Shown one piece after another: positions 11,042-24,959 of a stretch of DNA of 64,000 nt. Position 1 is the stretch's first letter. Every line of letters begins with the position of its first letter. The notes under the pieces are model-generated. The model did not search any database. It was not told the origin of the DNA and saw only the letters and a list, made by a program, of their open reading frames with translations. This DNA is from Octopus bimaculoides (Eukaryota), in NCBI RefSeq assembly GCF_001194135.2, contig NC_068981.1:164852753-164916752 (forward strand). Direction: 5' to 3'. The position numbers and the translations under genes are program-made.

Positions 11042-12079
11042 AAACACATTAGCTTGGTAAATCTAAAAATAAACAGTCTAAGGGAGGTAACTATACTTCG
11101 CCACTCCTTTTCTGTAAAAATAAAAAGAAACTTCGGGTGTTTTAATGAGAAATCTCCCTATAAATCGCATGGCCCTAGTAAAACTATTTGGTTTGTTATT
11201 TCATATGGCAAATAAATTAAAAGTAACTTTCCTTACCTTTTTTGTGAAGTCATCGAAAGGAACTTCCCCAAAGATTCGAGGTACCACTCTATTCTCAACT
11301 CACATCGTATCCGAATTGGTTTCTCCAACACTAAAAACCTCCTACAGACTATATCCTCGCATAGCAACTATATTCTTAAGGGTAAAAGGGTTTCGCTTAA
11401 TAACTGTAATAAAAATAATATTAATGATGATAATCACTTCTTAAATAATAGTATCAATTGTAATATTACTTGTAATTGTGGTCCGAATAAAACTTGCGTC
11501 CTCAACGGAAATTTCAGAATTAAAAGCGTTGTTTATGAATATAAATTTTCTTCAGGATCTAAAGAATATTTTTATATTGGCATTTCATCCACAGAATTAA
11601 AAACACGTTTAGCCAATCATCTTTCTACATTTAAATATATTCATAAACGTAATACTACAGGTCTTAGTAAACTGATTTGGCATCTCAGAAACTGTAATAA
11701 ACAATTTTCTTTGGACTGGAAAATTTTGCCAATGTCGTTTCCCTATGATAAAGATAAATCTTCCTGCTCTCTTTGTACGGACGAACACATATTTATCCGT
11801 TTTTCCAAGCACACACTTGTCAATACTCATAAGGAACTTGTCAATACCCATAAGGAACGTGTCATTAGAAAAACAAACATACTTTCAACTATTTCAAATA
11901 ATATTTACCCCCAATACCGAATAATGTCTGCAACTTACACTTTATTCTTTTCATCCTATACATCCCATTCTTTCCTTCATCTTTTCTATCCGCCTGTCAT
12001 TCACCTTCTACTTGTTTATACCACAATTACTCTCTTAAATCTCTTTCTCTCTTCCTTCTCTTCTTCTCTCGTTCTATGA
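11042..12079 (+). pseudogene. Penelope-like element 3' end: RT-thumb/linker and GIY-YIG endonuclease
   Basis: One frame with a single stop (11213-11215): KTIWFVISYGK*IKSNFPYLF..IERNFPKDSRYHSILNSHRIRIGFSNTKNL..ISSHSNYIL...CNCGPNKTCVLNGN..KSVVY...YFYIGISSTELKTRLANHLSTFK...LSKLIW.L...DWKIL..SFPY....CSLCTDE. This is the typical PLE linker plus VVY/YIG/R-H/E endonuclease layout. Confidence 0.92.
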
Positions 12080-12208
12080 CGTCATAATTCTTAACGGTAT
12101 TTTAAAAATTACTAGCGTTCCTTATCCACTTTTGTTTTCCATATATATTATATATTATAATTTCTTACATCTCTAAATATGGCTTATTGATGAGCACTGT
12201 TGTTTATA

Positions 12209-12300
12209 ATCTCCTCCTTGATGAGATTGATGCATTTTCCTACATTATTTTACCTCTCGGATTGATTTTAATGTATCAATCGAAACATATGTTGGTGATG
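12209..12300 (+). ncRNA. Degenerate type-I hammerhead-like motif in PLE terminal repeat
   Basis: TTGATGA (12218-12224), 12-bp stem II GATTGATGCATT/AATGTATCAATC, GAAA (12282-12285), palindromic AACATATGTT helix III, GTT triplet. Stem I is weak. Lies ~140 nt after the GIY-YIG stop. Confidence 0.6.
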
Positions 12301-13837
12301 TGCTGATATAAATGATTTAAATAACATCTTGAGCGTTTGTCTCCATTTTCCATTACTCTTATGTTCTCCAAAATACGTCGCACTTCTCTTCGGTATTATC
12401 ACCCATGCAAGTGTGATTACTAATTTCTTAGGCGCTCATGTGACATTTAGCTATACTGCAACTGTTCCTCTGGATCTTTCCTTGTAAATTAACACACACA
12501 CATATATAATGTATGTATTCATAAAATATACAGATACATACAAAAAGGCACCTCACTTATGATCCCAGATCCACAAACAAATGCACGCGTTCATAAACAT
12601 ATATTCCTACCAAATATATATAGTTGCCTGAGGTGGGTGTTCATAAATCATTGAAAAGAGCGCACTTTATGTAATTAATAGAATGGGTATAGTTTGAAGC
12701 AAAATTATAAATTTAGAACCTTGTTTTCTCTGGCCAACATTCTCGTACGGTTTTATGATAGACCAGACGTTTTTTCGGCCGAAAATAGCACCAAACAATC
12801 GTCAGTTATCACTGAGCAGTCGGGTAGATAAAGGATAAAAAAAACCGTTCGCTTCACGATAGCCGGAACGAAACCTGTGGTAATATCAGTTAAATATTAA
12901 AAGTATTTGGACGAAGGTTTCAGAAGTTTTATCATTTGGTGTGGTTTGAAACGCTATAGAGTGAAGTGACATATCAAAGTGAATTAGTGTGGGCGAAAGG
13001 CAAAGAACGTCGGTNNNNNNNNNNNNNNNNNNNNNNNNNNNNNNNNNNNNNNNNNNNNNNNNNNNNNNNNNNNNNNNNNNNNNNNNNNNNNNNNNNNNNN
13101 NNNNNNNNNNNNNNNNNNNNNNNNNNNNNNNNNNNNNNNNNNNNNNNNNNNNNNNNNNNNNNNNNNNNNNNNNNNNNNNNNNNNNNNNNNNNNNNNNNNN
13201 NNNNNNNNNNNNNNNNNNNNNNNNNNNNNNNNNNNNNNNNNNNNNNNNNNNNNNNNNNNNNNNNNNNNNNNNNNNNNNNNNNNNNNNNNNNNNNNNNNNN
13301 NNNNNNNNNNNNNNNNNNNNNNNNNNNNNNNNNNNNNNNNNNNNNNNNNNNNNNNNNNNNNNNNNNNNNNNNNNNNNNNNNNNNNNNNNNNNNNNNNNNN
13401 NNNNNNNNNNNNNNNNNNNNNNNNNNNNNNNNNNNNNNNNNNNNNNNNNNNNNNNNNNNNNNNNNNNNNNNNNNNNNNNNNNNNNNNNNNNNNNNNNNNN
13501 NNNNNNNNNNNNNNNNNNNNNNNNNNNNNNNNNNNNNNNNNNNNNNNNNNNNNNNNNNNNNNNNNNNNNNNNNNNNNNNNNNNNNNNNNNNNNNNNNNNN
13601 NNNNNNNNNNNNNNNNNNNNNNNNNNNNNNNNNNNNNNNNNNNNNNNNNNNNNNNNNNNNNNNNNNNNNNNNNNNNNNNNNNNNNNNNNNNNNNNNNNNN
13701 NNNNNNNNNNNNNNNNNNNNAAACTAGCTTGAAATGAATAAATTAAGAAGAGAATTTGAAAAAGAAAAAGAAACACTGTAAGCTATGCTGAAGTTGCAAA
13801 CGATGACACAAATAGCGAAAAGATGCATAAGATGAAA

Positions 13838-13877
<40 letters not shown>

Positions 13878-14320
13878 CGACTACGATGGCGATGATGATG
13901 ATGAAAGAAAAAAGAGCACAAGGGAAAGAATGAATCTAAAATAATAAATTGTAAAAAAATGAGAGAGTGAAAGAAATTTACATTATTTGAATAGAAAAAC
14001 AGAAAACACAAACTGCAAAGTAGCTGGAACATTTAGCTTAAGAAATACAAACTAGATGCTCAATCGTCACGACAGCATAAGCACACTGTTTTGTGTTTTT
14101 CGAAAAACACGTCCTTATCAAGAAGTAAAGAAATCGAGAGAGAGAGAGAGAGAGAACGATGGAGAGAGAGGGAGAGGGAGAGAATGAGAGAGAGAGAGAG
14201 AGAGAGAGACATACACGCGCACACACAAAGAAAGTGAGATAAAGAATAATCTTGTTAGTCACACACACATATATATATACTTATACATATACACATTCAT
14301 ACGCAATTACACATGCACGT

Positions 14321-14391
<71 letters not shown>

Positions 14392-14877
14392 CACACATAT
14401 ATACATACGTGTATATATGTATGTGTGTGTGTATTATGCATGAATGTATGTGCAAAATAAACGACAACAGCAATGATATTTGCAAATAATGGGAAAAGTA
14501 GTTTTGTTTTTATATCTTCATATGTTATTCTTGTTATTTTTTATTTTGTTAATGCTACTGTTACTGAGTGTTGTTGTTGCTGTTATTGTTGTTGTTGTTG
14601 TTGTTACTTTGACAAAATAAAATATAGACAATAACTATGAAAATGATAAAAATAAAACCTAATTCAATGAAAAACAATACTGAGGAACGTTTATGAAATA
14701 AATATTGTTTAAAAAATTTTAAATATAATAAAAAAAATAAACAAATATTTCATAGGAACAATACCTCATCTCTCCCACCCACCCCTAAAAAAGAAGACGC
14801 AAAATTTCAAAATTGAAACAAATGGGAAAAAGAGAATACTACTACTACTATTACTATTAACACTATTACTATTAACA

Positions 14878-14878
14878 C

Positions 14879-14942
<64 letters not shown>

Positions 14943-14981
14943 AAGAAGAAGAAGAAGAAGAAGAAGAAGAAGAAGAAGAAG
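14878..14981. repeat. Compound (TAA)n(GAA)n microsatellite
   Basis: Direct reading. Confidence 0.97.
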
Positions 14982-15759
14982 GATAATCTTTTAAAATAAA
15001 AAACAAAGTTTTGAAAATTGTCACGCCCAAATGGAGTCTTGGACTTCTATTGTATGAATAAATAGTTTTCTTGCGAAGTATAACACGTAGAAGGAATATA
15101 GTCCCACCTTTGATTTGCATTGCATATCGGTGAACTTAAATTTTATCTTCTTTTTTTTTCTATATATATATATATTTCTATTTTGGTACGATTATTATTA
15201 TGTCGTTGTTATTGTTGTTGTTGTTGTGGCTGTTGTGTTTTATTTTATTTTTCTAAATTTCTCTCACTCACTCTGCCAATCTCCATGTTCCACTCTTTTG
15301 CTTAATCTCTCTGACATTCTCGCTTTCATTCTATCTCTCTCTATCTCCCTCTCCCTTCTCCTGCTTTTTTTCTTTTGTCTTTCTTGCTTTCGTTTTAATT
15401 TTCTCCGTTGCTTTGTTTTCCTTGTCTTTTTAATGCAACTTTTAACGTGATTAAACCTCGTGGATTTAGATATTCTCTATGTACTTAAAGCCATTCTATA
15501 ATCTGGTGAATGTTGAGAAGTGACAGGAGTGAGAGAACATTGCTTAATGTTTCACTACGTTCATTTAGACAATATGCATGCATTAGGAATCACAAGCAAA
15601 AACATTCATTATCTTTGTTTCATTTTACTTTTTTTTTATATTTCTTTAATTCTGTTTCTTTTTCTTTGTTTCTATCTGCTATTTAGCATTGATTTTTATG
15701 TTTTGTATATTCTCTCTTCCAAAAGTTCACTTAGAAGTGATATTATCATGGGTGACTGT

Positions 15760-16020
15760 ATTTTCATTGCACAAAAGAAGGATATAACTAGGATTCCTGT
15801 AGCCACATATGGATATGGACTGTGAGAATCCTGATATGTGCAGTACGTAAGAATATGTTGTATTTGTCCACATATTTTGAACGTGGGATTTTGAAGAAGA
15901 AAAAGAAGGAAAAAAGCTATTATTACTTCAAGATAAGATATCTGGGTTGTATGAACACATTTAACAACAGAACAAAAGTGACAACAAAGTACAGCAGAAT
16001 CCAAGCGATAATGTGAAAGC
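15760..16020 (+). pseudogene. Possible RTE-like LINE fragment
   Basis: VATYGYGL*ES and TYFERGILKK loosely resemble RTE post-RT motifs (LYG.E.W; FE.W..RR.L). Heavily decayed. Confidence 0.3.
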
Positions 16021-16689
16021 AAGTCTATTTCATTCTATTAAAATTATACCAAACCACATAATGATATATAAATATATATATTAAACGTATATTTTTATCA
16101 TGGCCGTCATTTACTGCTACTTCTGCTCTGGCTGTTGCTATTGCTGATGCTGTTGTACAGACTTCGTTGAGTAGGTCTATGAACATGAACATTCTAGTCA
16201 TGACCTATCCGTTTTTACCCCATTATTGTGTATCTAGGACTACATTATTCAATGTGTCATCCAGTTTATATTTTTAAAAAATTTTTTAGGGTGTAATGTA
16301 TAGAAGATATTGCTGCTATTTTTAGAGGCTCAAGCGTCTCTGTAGATGCTCCTATGTTAATTCAAAGTCACCGAGTAATACTAGCTTCAGTTTAAAAAAT
16401 TATAGGGTGCACAACATTTGGACGAGAGATTTATGGATTGTGACGTTCATAATTTCCCAAGAATATTAAAAATTTAAAACAATTAGTAGCGATGACCTCA
16501 GGAAGGAGTCTCCATGTAGTTGCTAGGCCTGCCAGAAATAATAGCCAAATTTCCATAAAAATCGCACTTGCAGTCTTAAGATTAAACCGGGATAAATTAT
16601 ATAGAGATAGACTACACATAGAACTAAGAGTTATCTTAGTTCCAGCTGTAATGTTATAGATATAATTCGTTTGAGCAAGGTTGATCAGA

Positions 16690-16900
16690 GGCTAAACAAT
16701 AACAAAGGATGACACTAAAAGCTTCCAGCGGTACAGGGCCAACAAAGGTATCCCAGCGTGGTCATTTTACATGCTAGAAACAGCAGCTAAATATTATTGT
16801 AATCATACCTGACCATCTTAAATGAAGTAAAGGATATGTTTGATAATGAAGTCTAAGATTGGCTGAGAAAGACTTGGTGGCTACAGCATACTAACAACAG
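16690..16900 (+). mobile_element. Dispersed SINE-like repeat (GCTAGAAA.AGCAGC...GATAATG.AGTC family)
   Basis: Shared blocks with 16140-16300 (minus), 17040-17200, 26150-26345, 53855-54010 and 57240-57480. Confidence 0.5.
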
Positions 16901-18976
16901 CAAAAACAACAATAATCGTTATAACAGATCACAGATAGCAAATGGCAAAATACATTTTCATTTCACTGGAGATATTTCGGGAATAACCCATAGTAATGAA
17001 GAAACGAGGGAATCTCTAAGTTGTAGTTTCACCTGACTGAATTAGCAAATCATATTTTATCGTCTTTAAAAAAAAGGATTAAAAACACATCAGGTAATGT
17101 AGTCCTTGATCTTCGTAAAGTGACATAATGTTACAGCTTTGATCGGAGGTCTGCTTGACTGGCGCTGATCTGGGGATATACAACAACAATATAAATCAGA
17201 TCCTTAAACGCATAGCAGTAGACTAGTTCAGTGTTTCTAAATCTTTATAGTTCAATACTTCCTCTCACAAAGCGATTCCCATGCTTTAAAATCAAAAAAA
17301 CAAAAAAAAAGGTGTAGGAAATAAAAAAAGTAAAACAGCAATTTCTCTCAAACTGAATCAAATTTTGTACAGCGCTATATTAACCACAGATTCAATAAAC
17401 ATGAATTCGTTGACTTTTAGAGCGATAAGATACGTAAAGGTGGCTGAAACTAGAGACTCGAAGATAGAAAAAAAATATAGTTGCTTTATGTATTTCAGTT
17501 TATCGTTAAAATCACATTTTCTATAGAAATTGCTTTATTAAATATTTCCCTGTCTGATAACAGATTAGATACAGGTCTGGCGATATTTCCTGTAATGTGC
17601 TTTATATTCTGAGATGGGCTGTTAAAATTCCTTAATCTTATTTCTTCTGTACTTTTTTAGAATCTTTTACTGACTCTTGAGAATTTGGTATCTATAAGTT
17701 TATATTTTCATGGTATTAGATGAGTCCATCGTCTCTGTAAATGCCTACCATTGTTCTATTTTCTATTGAATGTAGATTATATAACCCGATCAAATCGAAA
17801 ATATTGGCCATACCGTGTATTCATCTGTGTGCCTTATTCTTTGATTATTAACCTATAAAAAATTGTCATGAAATAACAACGACTCATACAATTGTCGGAT
17901 TATGGTATTCTTTCTTATCTTCTCTTCGTAATACAGACATACATGCATATATACATACATATATATAAGAGAGAGAGAGAGAGAGAGCAAGAAAGAGAAC
18001 ACCATAATCCGCCATCAGTATCAGTCGATATTATTTTATGACAATGTGTCAGTTTATACATCTATACAGGCGGACAGAGAGAGAGAGAGAGAGGCGGGAG
18101 GTGATAGAGTGAGAGAGGATAAAGAGAGAGAGAGAGAGACCGACATACTCATTTATGAGTGTATTCTTGCAATTTGGCCTTGTAGCTTAAGTAAAAGTAA
18201 TCATTATTATCTAATCGTTACTTCCACAATTCTTACTTGATGTCCAAGAAAAGAACAAGAAAAACCTATTAATTTGTGATATTTATTGGCTTAAGATTAT
18301 CCCTGTCATTATTTCATAATCCGCTAACCACTAATGAGTGTTTTCTCAGCGTTGTATACATTGTTATTATATCAAGAATTCAAGAAATAAATATGAACAG
18401 CCTCATAGAGTAACGATTCTGGACATTAATTTGTTGTATTTATGCTTTTATTTTGTCATTTTGCGCATGCGTTAGCTTAATCTACGAATAATTGGGCGGG
18501 AGCTCTCACCAGCATGATTACTAGCCATTGCTACTAGGAAAATTCTCGTCCTATTTTAAACAAAATTGTCTATTAGAAGCAGACTACCTATTTTTCATTC
18601 TTTTAACAAATAATTTATCATGTCTGCATTTATAAATGCTCAATTATTTTGCATTCTTTGAGTTATTATAGTGATAGTTTTCGAATTAATACCTTACAGG
18701 TATGTAGTGCACTGTCTCGTTGCCCTAAGTTCGAATTTTGCCGGTGTTACCTTAACATCTCATTCACAAAGACTTGTTTAAATACGTGTCAGTAATAAAG
18801 AGGAGAGCGACACTAGGGAGAAAAGAAAGACAAGACAATGAGTAATGCGTAAAAGAAGAAAATAGATACGAGAAGAGAAAGGAAAGAACCAGATAGAAGT
18901 AGTTAGAAAAAAGGAAATAAGAAAGACAGGGGAGTCTGTATTGAAAAGTGACCAAATATATTATGTTGTTAGGTAT

Positions 18977-19190
18977 AAAGATGGCGATCCGGCAAAATCG
19001 TTAGCACACCGGAGAAAATGCTTACCGGAATTTCTTCTGGCTTTATATTTTTACTCCAAATGTTGCTGAAGTTGACTTCGCCTTTCATGCTTTTGGTATC
19101 TATAAAAAGTACAAGTTAAGTACCGGGATTAATATAATTGATTTACTCGCCTAGGGTCAAAATTTTCAGCCAAAATTTATGTTGTTAGAG
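18977..19190 (+). mobile_element. MetaSINE-core SINE (diverged)
   Basis: GGCGATCCGGCAAAATCGTTAGCACACC head and GACTTCGCCTTTCATGCTTTTGG core. Confidence 0.7.
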
Positions 19191-19877
19191 TAACTGAGAA
19201 TGTCGATACCCCATCGCAAGATAACATTTCTTCGCTCTAAATAAACCAAAGTTTATTTCATTTAACTGTTCTGAAAATTTTGACAAATATGATTGCAAAA
19301 AAATTTGGAAGAAGCCAACCAGTATATTTTCTATTCTGCTGTACAACAGTACAAGTGTTACGTAAGAATTTATTGAAGAATCGATGTATCAGTGATTTTT
19401 TAGTTCAAATAATTCAGAATAATAATATTTCTAAAATGAAATTCCATTATGCAGCTGAGGAGTACATTTTCATTGTACATTCTATGTAGTGTTCTCACTA
19501 CATGAATAAATGGAGCTTGTACGAAACGTACGTACTGCTATAACCTATTGAATTTTTGTTGCTTTTCTTCAAATCAAATAATTCAGATGTAGATTTTACT
19601 GTTCATCTCAGTGAATTGAAAATACCAATAAACTGCTTATATGATTCCGTGTGTATAGCAATACGAATTTTAAAAAAGAGAATGACTGTTTCATAAAACC
19701 CATTAAAATGACCCTGGAATCAAAGTTTCATTATGAACAGTTAAATTTCTTAGTGTCATTCTTCCTCTTGTGGCTTAGCTCTCAGTCATTCCATGATTAA
19801 GCGGACCAGTAATCAAAACATGCCAGCCAGAACTATATCTTTTCCAAGCCCAGAATATATATATATTATTCAATGAG

Positions 19878-20094
19878 CTTAAGGCGGTGAGCTGGCAGAA
19901 ACGTTAGCACGTCGGGCGAAATGCATAGCAGTATTTCGTCTGTCTTTATGTTCCGAGTTCAAATTCCGCCGAGGTCAACTTTGCCTTTCATCCTTTCGGG
20001 GTCGATAAATCGAGTACCAGTTGCGTAGTCGGGTCGATCTAATAAACTGGCCGCTTCCCCCAAAATTGTGGGCCTTGTGCTTAGAGTAGAAAAG
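19878..20094 (+). mobile_element. MetaSINE-core SINE, full length
   Basis: Head GGCGGTGAGCTGGCAGAAACGTTAGC, core CCGAGGTCAACTTTGCCTTTCATCCTTTCGGGGTCGATAAATCGAGTACCAG. 13-bp TSD ATTATTCAATGAG (19865-19877 and 20095-20107). Confidence 0.92.
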
Positions 20095-21667
20095 ATTATT
20101 CAATGAGTTTGTCCTTTTTCTATGACTGTGGATCGTAATCATTTCTAGATAATCAAACCATCAGGTCGAAGCTCTCCTCAACCGTTATCGTCTGTAATTT
20201 TTGCAGTTTTGTCTTTTTCATTGTAACTGATGTATGATAAATAATTATATTGCTTAAATAAATCTAGAAAATTGTTAAATAAATAATCAATTCAGTAGCG
20301 TGACTTTCGTAATTAATTCAGCACAATCGTTTAAGGAATTCATCCGCCAGTACTTTATAGAATTATACTTGTCGAAGTTCATCCTTCCACAATCGAAACT
20401 CATGGTTGTATTCGACATACAGCAGAGCAACTTTCTGAAACACGTGGTGAGACAGTGAGACAACCTTAAAAGCGACCACTCGGTGTGGCGTAAAAAAGAG
20501 TCAAGTTTTTCATATTTACACCCAATCGTCTTGAGAAAGACATGTTACACGAAATATTGTAATCTCAGATACGTAATGTAATTTGGTTAAATTTTTTTTT
20601 CTTTTCGCTGTCAGGGCACGCCTAGGGCTATATTATTAATACAATGAATTAAATTGCTTAAAGAAGCAGCATATAACACTTTGTGATAATTATTTATATG
20701 TAGTCAGGATGATAAAATAAGTTATTGTCTTAACTAGTGACACATCATAGCGTCCGTAAAGGCGTGTGAAGTCTGAGACTTTCCGATAGATGTCTATACA
20801 GCATTAGCTCGATTTTCTGTGGCACTCGAAGTAAAAAAGAAAGAAAGACAGAGAGAGGGAGAGAATGCCAGGAGTAGTAACAACAAAAAACGATATCATC
20901 AATGACACTTTTGTTAAGTAGACACAACACCAACACACATAGTGTTACATGTCTGTATGTGTGGATTTATATAATTTATATACGCTGCGATCATGAATGC
21001 AAATTTCTATTCAATAAGATTTTATTAAATGGAGTGTACGACAATATATGGAAAATACATATCATTGATTCTTTATAAACAGTTTCATTTCTAATTTTTT
21101 CATATCAATATTTTTTCCTTACAAAACATATATAAATCAATTTTGTAAAGGAAAATAATATATTTCTTAGGGCTATATTCAAGTTTACTTACAATTTTTC
21201 ATATATTTCCCCGTTAACGACATGTTCGTTATACGTCTTCCCCTCTCTCTCTTTTTCTCTCTCCCCCTCTCTCTCTCTCGTGTCTCCCATTGATTTATTT
21301 TAGTATTCAAAAATATTCCTACGCCGCCATCTTGAGTGACTACAACATGTCTCAGATACATTTTTTTTTTTGTTTTGTTTTTTACATCTCGCGTTGGAGC
21401 TGAGCTTTCTCATCAAAAATCAATAATGGATTTGTCGATTCTTCTTCAAATGCATTCACTACATCTGAACAATTAATTCACATTCTTTCCCCCCACCAAA
21501 CCCATCACCTCACTTACTCTTCTGTCATTAACTCGAGTGTGTTTTATTCCTCTTTAGATTGTCAAAATCTTAAATTCATTTACCGTTATTAATGGTTAAA
21601 CATTTTCTTTTATGAGATATCCTTTACGCTAGTTTACTGTTGTCGCTAGCTATGCTAATGACACAAC

Positions 21668-21668
21668 A

Positions 21669-21724
<56 letters not shown>

Positions 21725-21755
21725 AACTACCATTACTACTACTACTACTACTACG

Positions 21756-21832
<77 letters not shown>
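21668..21832. repeat. (CTA)n microsatellite
   Basis: Direct reading. Explains the poly-Leu ORF. Confidence 0.98.
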
Positions 21833-21836
<4 letters not shown>

Positions 21837-22120
21837 GTACTTAGTATTTGTCGTGGATTTCTGCTGTTGCCTTAGTTCTTAACTCAATTGATAATATCGC
21901 TGGTTGCTAATGTTGTTACTTCTGACAAAAGAAAATTTGAGTTGATTTTTGTATATTCAGGGTTCAGCGCCAAGTGTTGCTGTAACCCAACGTAGACGAA
22001 TTCTCTGTAACGTGAATGTTCTCTATTTCCAAACGAAATAATGATTACGGAAATAGATATTTTTTTTTAAGTATCTCTATCATCATTACTACCACCACCG
22101 CTACCACCACAACCACCGTC

Positions 22121-22174
<54 letters not shown>

Positions 22175-23399
22175 GGTGGTGCTGTTGTTGTAATTTTAGA
22201 ATTTCTCAGTATTTTACCAGTCATTCAAGATTCATGTCCATGTACACTGTACACAACCACAAATAACAACTTTCTAAGGCCATATTGGTGCTTAAAATCA
22301 AAAATTGTCTTCCTCATTTTGATAACGCTTCACGAAGACATACGCAATCCAGCATATTTCTGAAGGTATTACACAGCGAAGGCCCCTTGATGTCGATACC
22401 ATTCGTTTGAAGCCCCTCCCTTTTTTTTATCTTTTTCTGTAGGTATTTATTGTATGTTCTTAACATAGCTCAATGATTTCCACTTCTTTATTTAGTATAA
22501 TAATTATAAAAATATCAGAGTTTTTATAGAAAGTTACTTAAGTTTTTGAGGTCGCAATACATTCTTCCAAATCTATTTCACGCAAATCCTGCCGCCATCA
22601 TTCCACCACCACAACCATCAATGAATTCGTGTACTGTCTATATCAGGTCATTCACACGCTTGTCATCTCCAGTATTCATCCAGAAACAGAAGAATAGTTT
22701 TTGATTGCCACACTATATGGCATATGTATCCTCATCCAACCCGGTTTTCTATTTTAAGCTAATGCACACAGTTAACGCTATGTAGCGGCGCTAAAGGCAT
22801 TGATTAAAATAGAAGAACAAAACGGTCTCTTTGGAATATTCTATTTTTGATAGGGATAAGTTTGGTCTTTTACTACTAACGATTTGTCTTCTTTGTCTTT
22901 ATTTATTTAAGTATGCACAGTGATAAGCTAGAACTTTCGAAATACACACACGCGTACTCGCACCCACACACACACATATGTATATATACATATTTGTATA
23001 TATTATTAATCCGTCTGTGTGTATGAATGTTTATACATTATATATATATACAAACGGATAAGTATATCTGTCTATCCATCTCAATCTATAAATCTACACA
23101 CACACACAAACAAACACATACACACACACACACACACACATACGTGTGTGTGTGTGTGTGTGCAACTTAACATTGTTAGATATACTACGCCAAAAAGTAG
23201 TATCAGGTTCTGCAGTAAAACTGGCAGTTATTTACTGTTACAAGAACTGACTGGTTTGGGAGCTGAGTGTCTTGATCAAGGAAGGACACGAATGTACAGT
23301 ACTGATGAGAAGCTAAAAGCTGTCAAACTGTTTGATATTGAAACCGTCTGTTTCTCACCAACACAACCAGTTATGGAGCTAAAATGATTTGACGCATTT

Positions 23400-23810
23400 T
23401 TATGGTAAACAACTGTTTAATGATGGTGCTGCAGTACTCCGCCTCCGAATGCAGCAATCGATGTCACATCAGGTGGTGGAGAAGCAGTTCTGTAGGTGCT
23501 TCGGTCTCCTCCACTGTGACACCAGAGTTTCCTGGAGCCAGCCACCGATGTAATTGACAAAACTCACGCACAAGAGTACAAGCTTTGCCGAGTTAAATTT
23601 TGCAACTCCGGGCCAGGTGTTTCGTTTATTCTCAACGCTCGATCTTATTGCACCAATCATCCTCACTCGTAAGCCAGTTGTAATGATTTGCTTTCTCACC
23701 AGCTTCTAACAGTTCTCTGGCAACATCTTTCTTTCTCTTCTTAGCAGCTAGTCTAAGTCTGTCTTAGATACCACATTCACGAGTTATGCACGTAGTGAAT
23801 GCATGAAAAA
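23400..23810 (-). pseudogene. RLE-LINE C-terminus and 3' UTR (HERO-like)
   Basis: Minus frame ...RKKDVARELLEAGEKANHYNWLTSEDDW resembles the EAAE.AS.W.W C-terminus. It is followed by a structured 3' UTR (nested stem-loop 23463-23520). Confidence 0.5.
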
Positions 23811-24554
23811 TAAGTCAGCTAGGCGGAGGTTTTCATTTTGAAATTCGCTCAGCAAGAAATATCAAACTGAAATTTGTAATCGTAATGTCTTACTTCTCTC
23901 GTCTCGAAACGAAAGACACAAATGGAAAGCAAGACATACATCACAAAGACGACCCTTCATCAGTTGTTGGCTGTTTTTTCTACTCTCGTATTTCGAGCAT
24001 TTAACAACAATATACGCTTTCGATAAAACAGTTGCTCCCGCAAAGCAAATTAAATAAAATTTGGGATTTTGCGGAGGGTAAAAATTGGTAACACAAACAG
24101 GACAGTGAAAACAAACAGGCAGTGCAGCTAAGCGTAAACGAGGTTGTGATTTGTCAAAAATATTACGCTGTGGGACTGAACCGGAAACACGTCCCAGCTG
24201 AGCGAGCTTCTAAAATACACAGTCATGTATACACCTTTACAGAAATTTATAACAGGAAGAGTTGATTTGGATTGTTAATGTATTTATATCAATTGCTGCT
24301 TACGAGTTTGTTATATTAGCCTGACTCTTCTTTATTACTTTTTCTAATTCATTTCTTAGTTTTTTTATTGTATTCTATTAACTTAGGCCTCCTCTTAAAT
24401 ATATATAAGGTTGTTTCTGCCCCAATTCTTTAATTCATTTTCTTTTTCTGTGTTGTAATTCGAATTACTATTTTCTGCTTTAATATGCTTGCAATAAGGG
24501 TAACTCTGTTTTACCTACCCATTTATTTTATTGCTGATGTTGTTCTTTGTTGTA

Positions 24555-24945
24555 TTTGTGGGCATGGTTGTATGGTCAAAAAGCTCGCTTTGCACAACTT
24601 CGTGGTTTTGGGTTCAGTCCCTCGGCACCGCGCCTTAGGCAAATATTTTTTAATATGGCCATGGACCGAGCAACGCCTTATTTATAAGTGAATTTAGCAA
24701 ACGGAAATTGTGGGGAAGCCCGTCGTATAAGTTCTGTGCGTGTGTGTGTGTGTGTGCGTGCGCGCGCGCGTACCCCCACTGCTTGGCAACCGGTGTTTGT
24801 TTCTGTTACATAACTCAGCGGTTCGGCAAAGGTGGCGTTAAGATTAACTACTGGGATCGATTTGTAGGATTATTTGTAAGATTTCAGGGCGGTGCCACAG
24901 CATGATCATAGTCCAATGAGTGAAACAAGTAAAAGATAAGAGATA
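24555..24945 (+). mobile_element. Microsatellite-containing tRNA SINE (diverged)
   Basis: GGGTTCAGTCCC B-box, central (TG)n/(CG)n and tail GAAACAAGTAAAAGATAAGA, as in the 54360 copy. Confidence 0.8.
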
Positions 24946-24959
24946 CCATTGTTGAATAA

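Noticed and set aside
23295-23350. CTGATGAG...GAAACCGTC hammerhead-like string
   Set aside because: There is no convincing stem II closing pair or stem I.
23880-24050. Further hammerhead-like pieces on the minus strand (CTGATGAAG; AGCGT..ATGCT-C-GAAA)
   Set aside because: The core halves are in the wrong order or too degenerate (no intact U16.1 or G10.1-C11.1). Possibly a decayed PLE terminus but not supportable.
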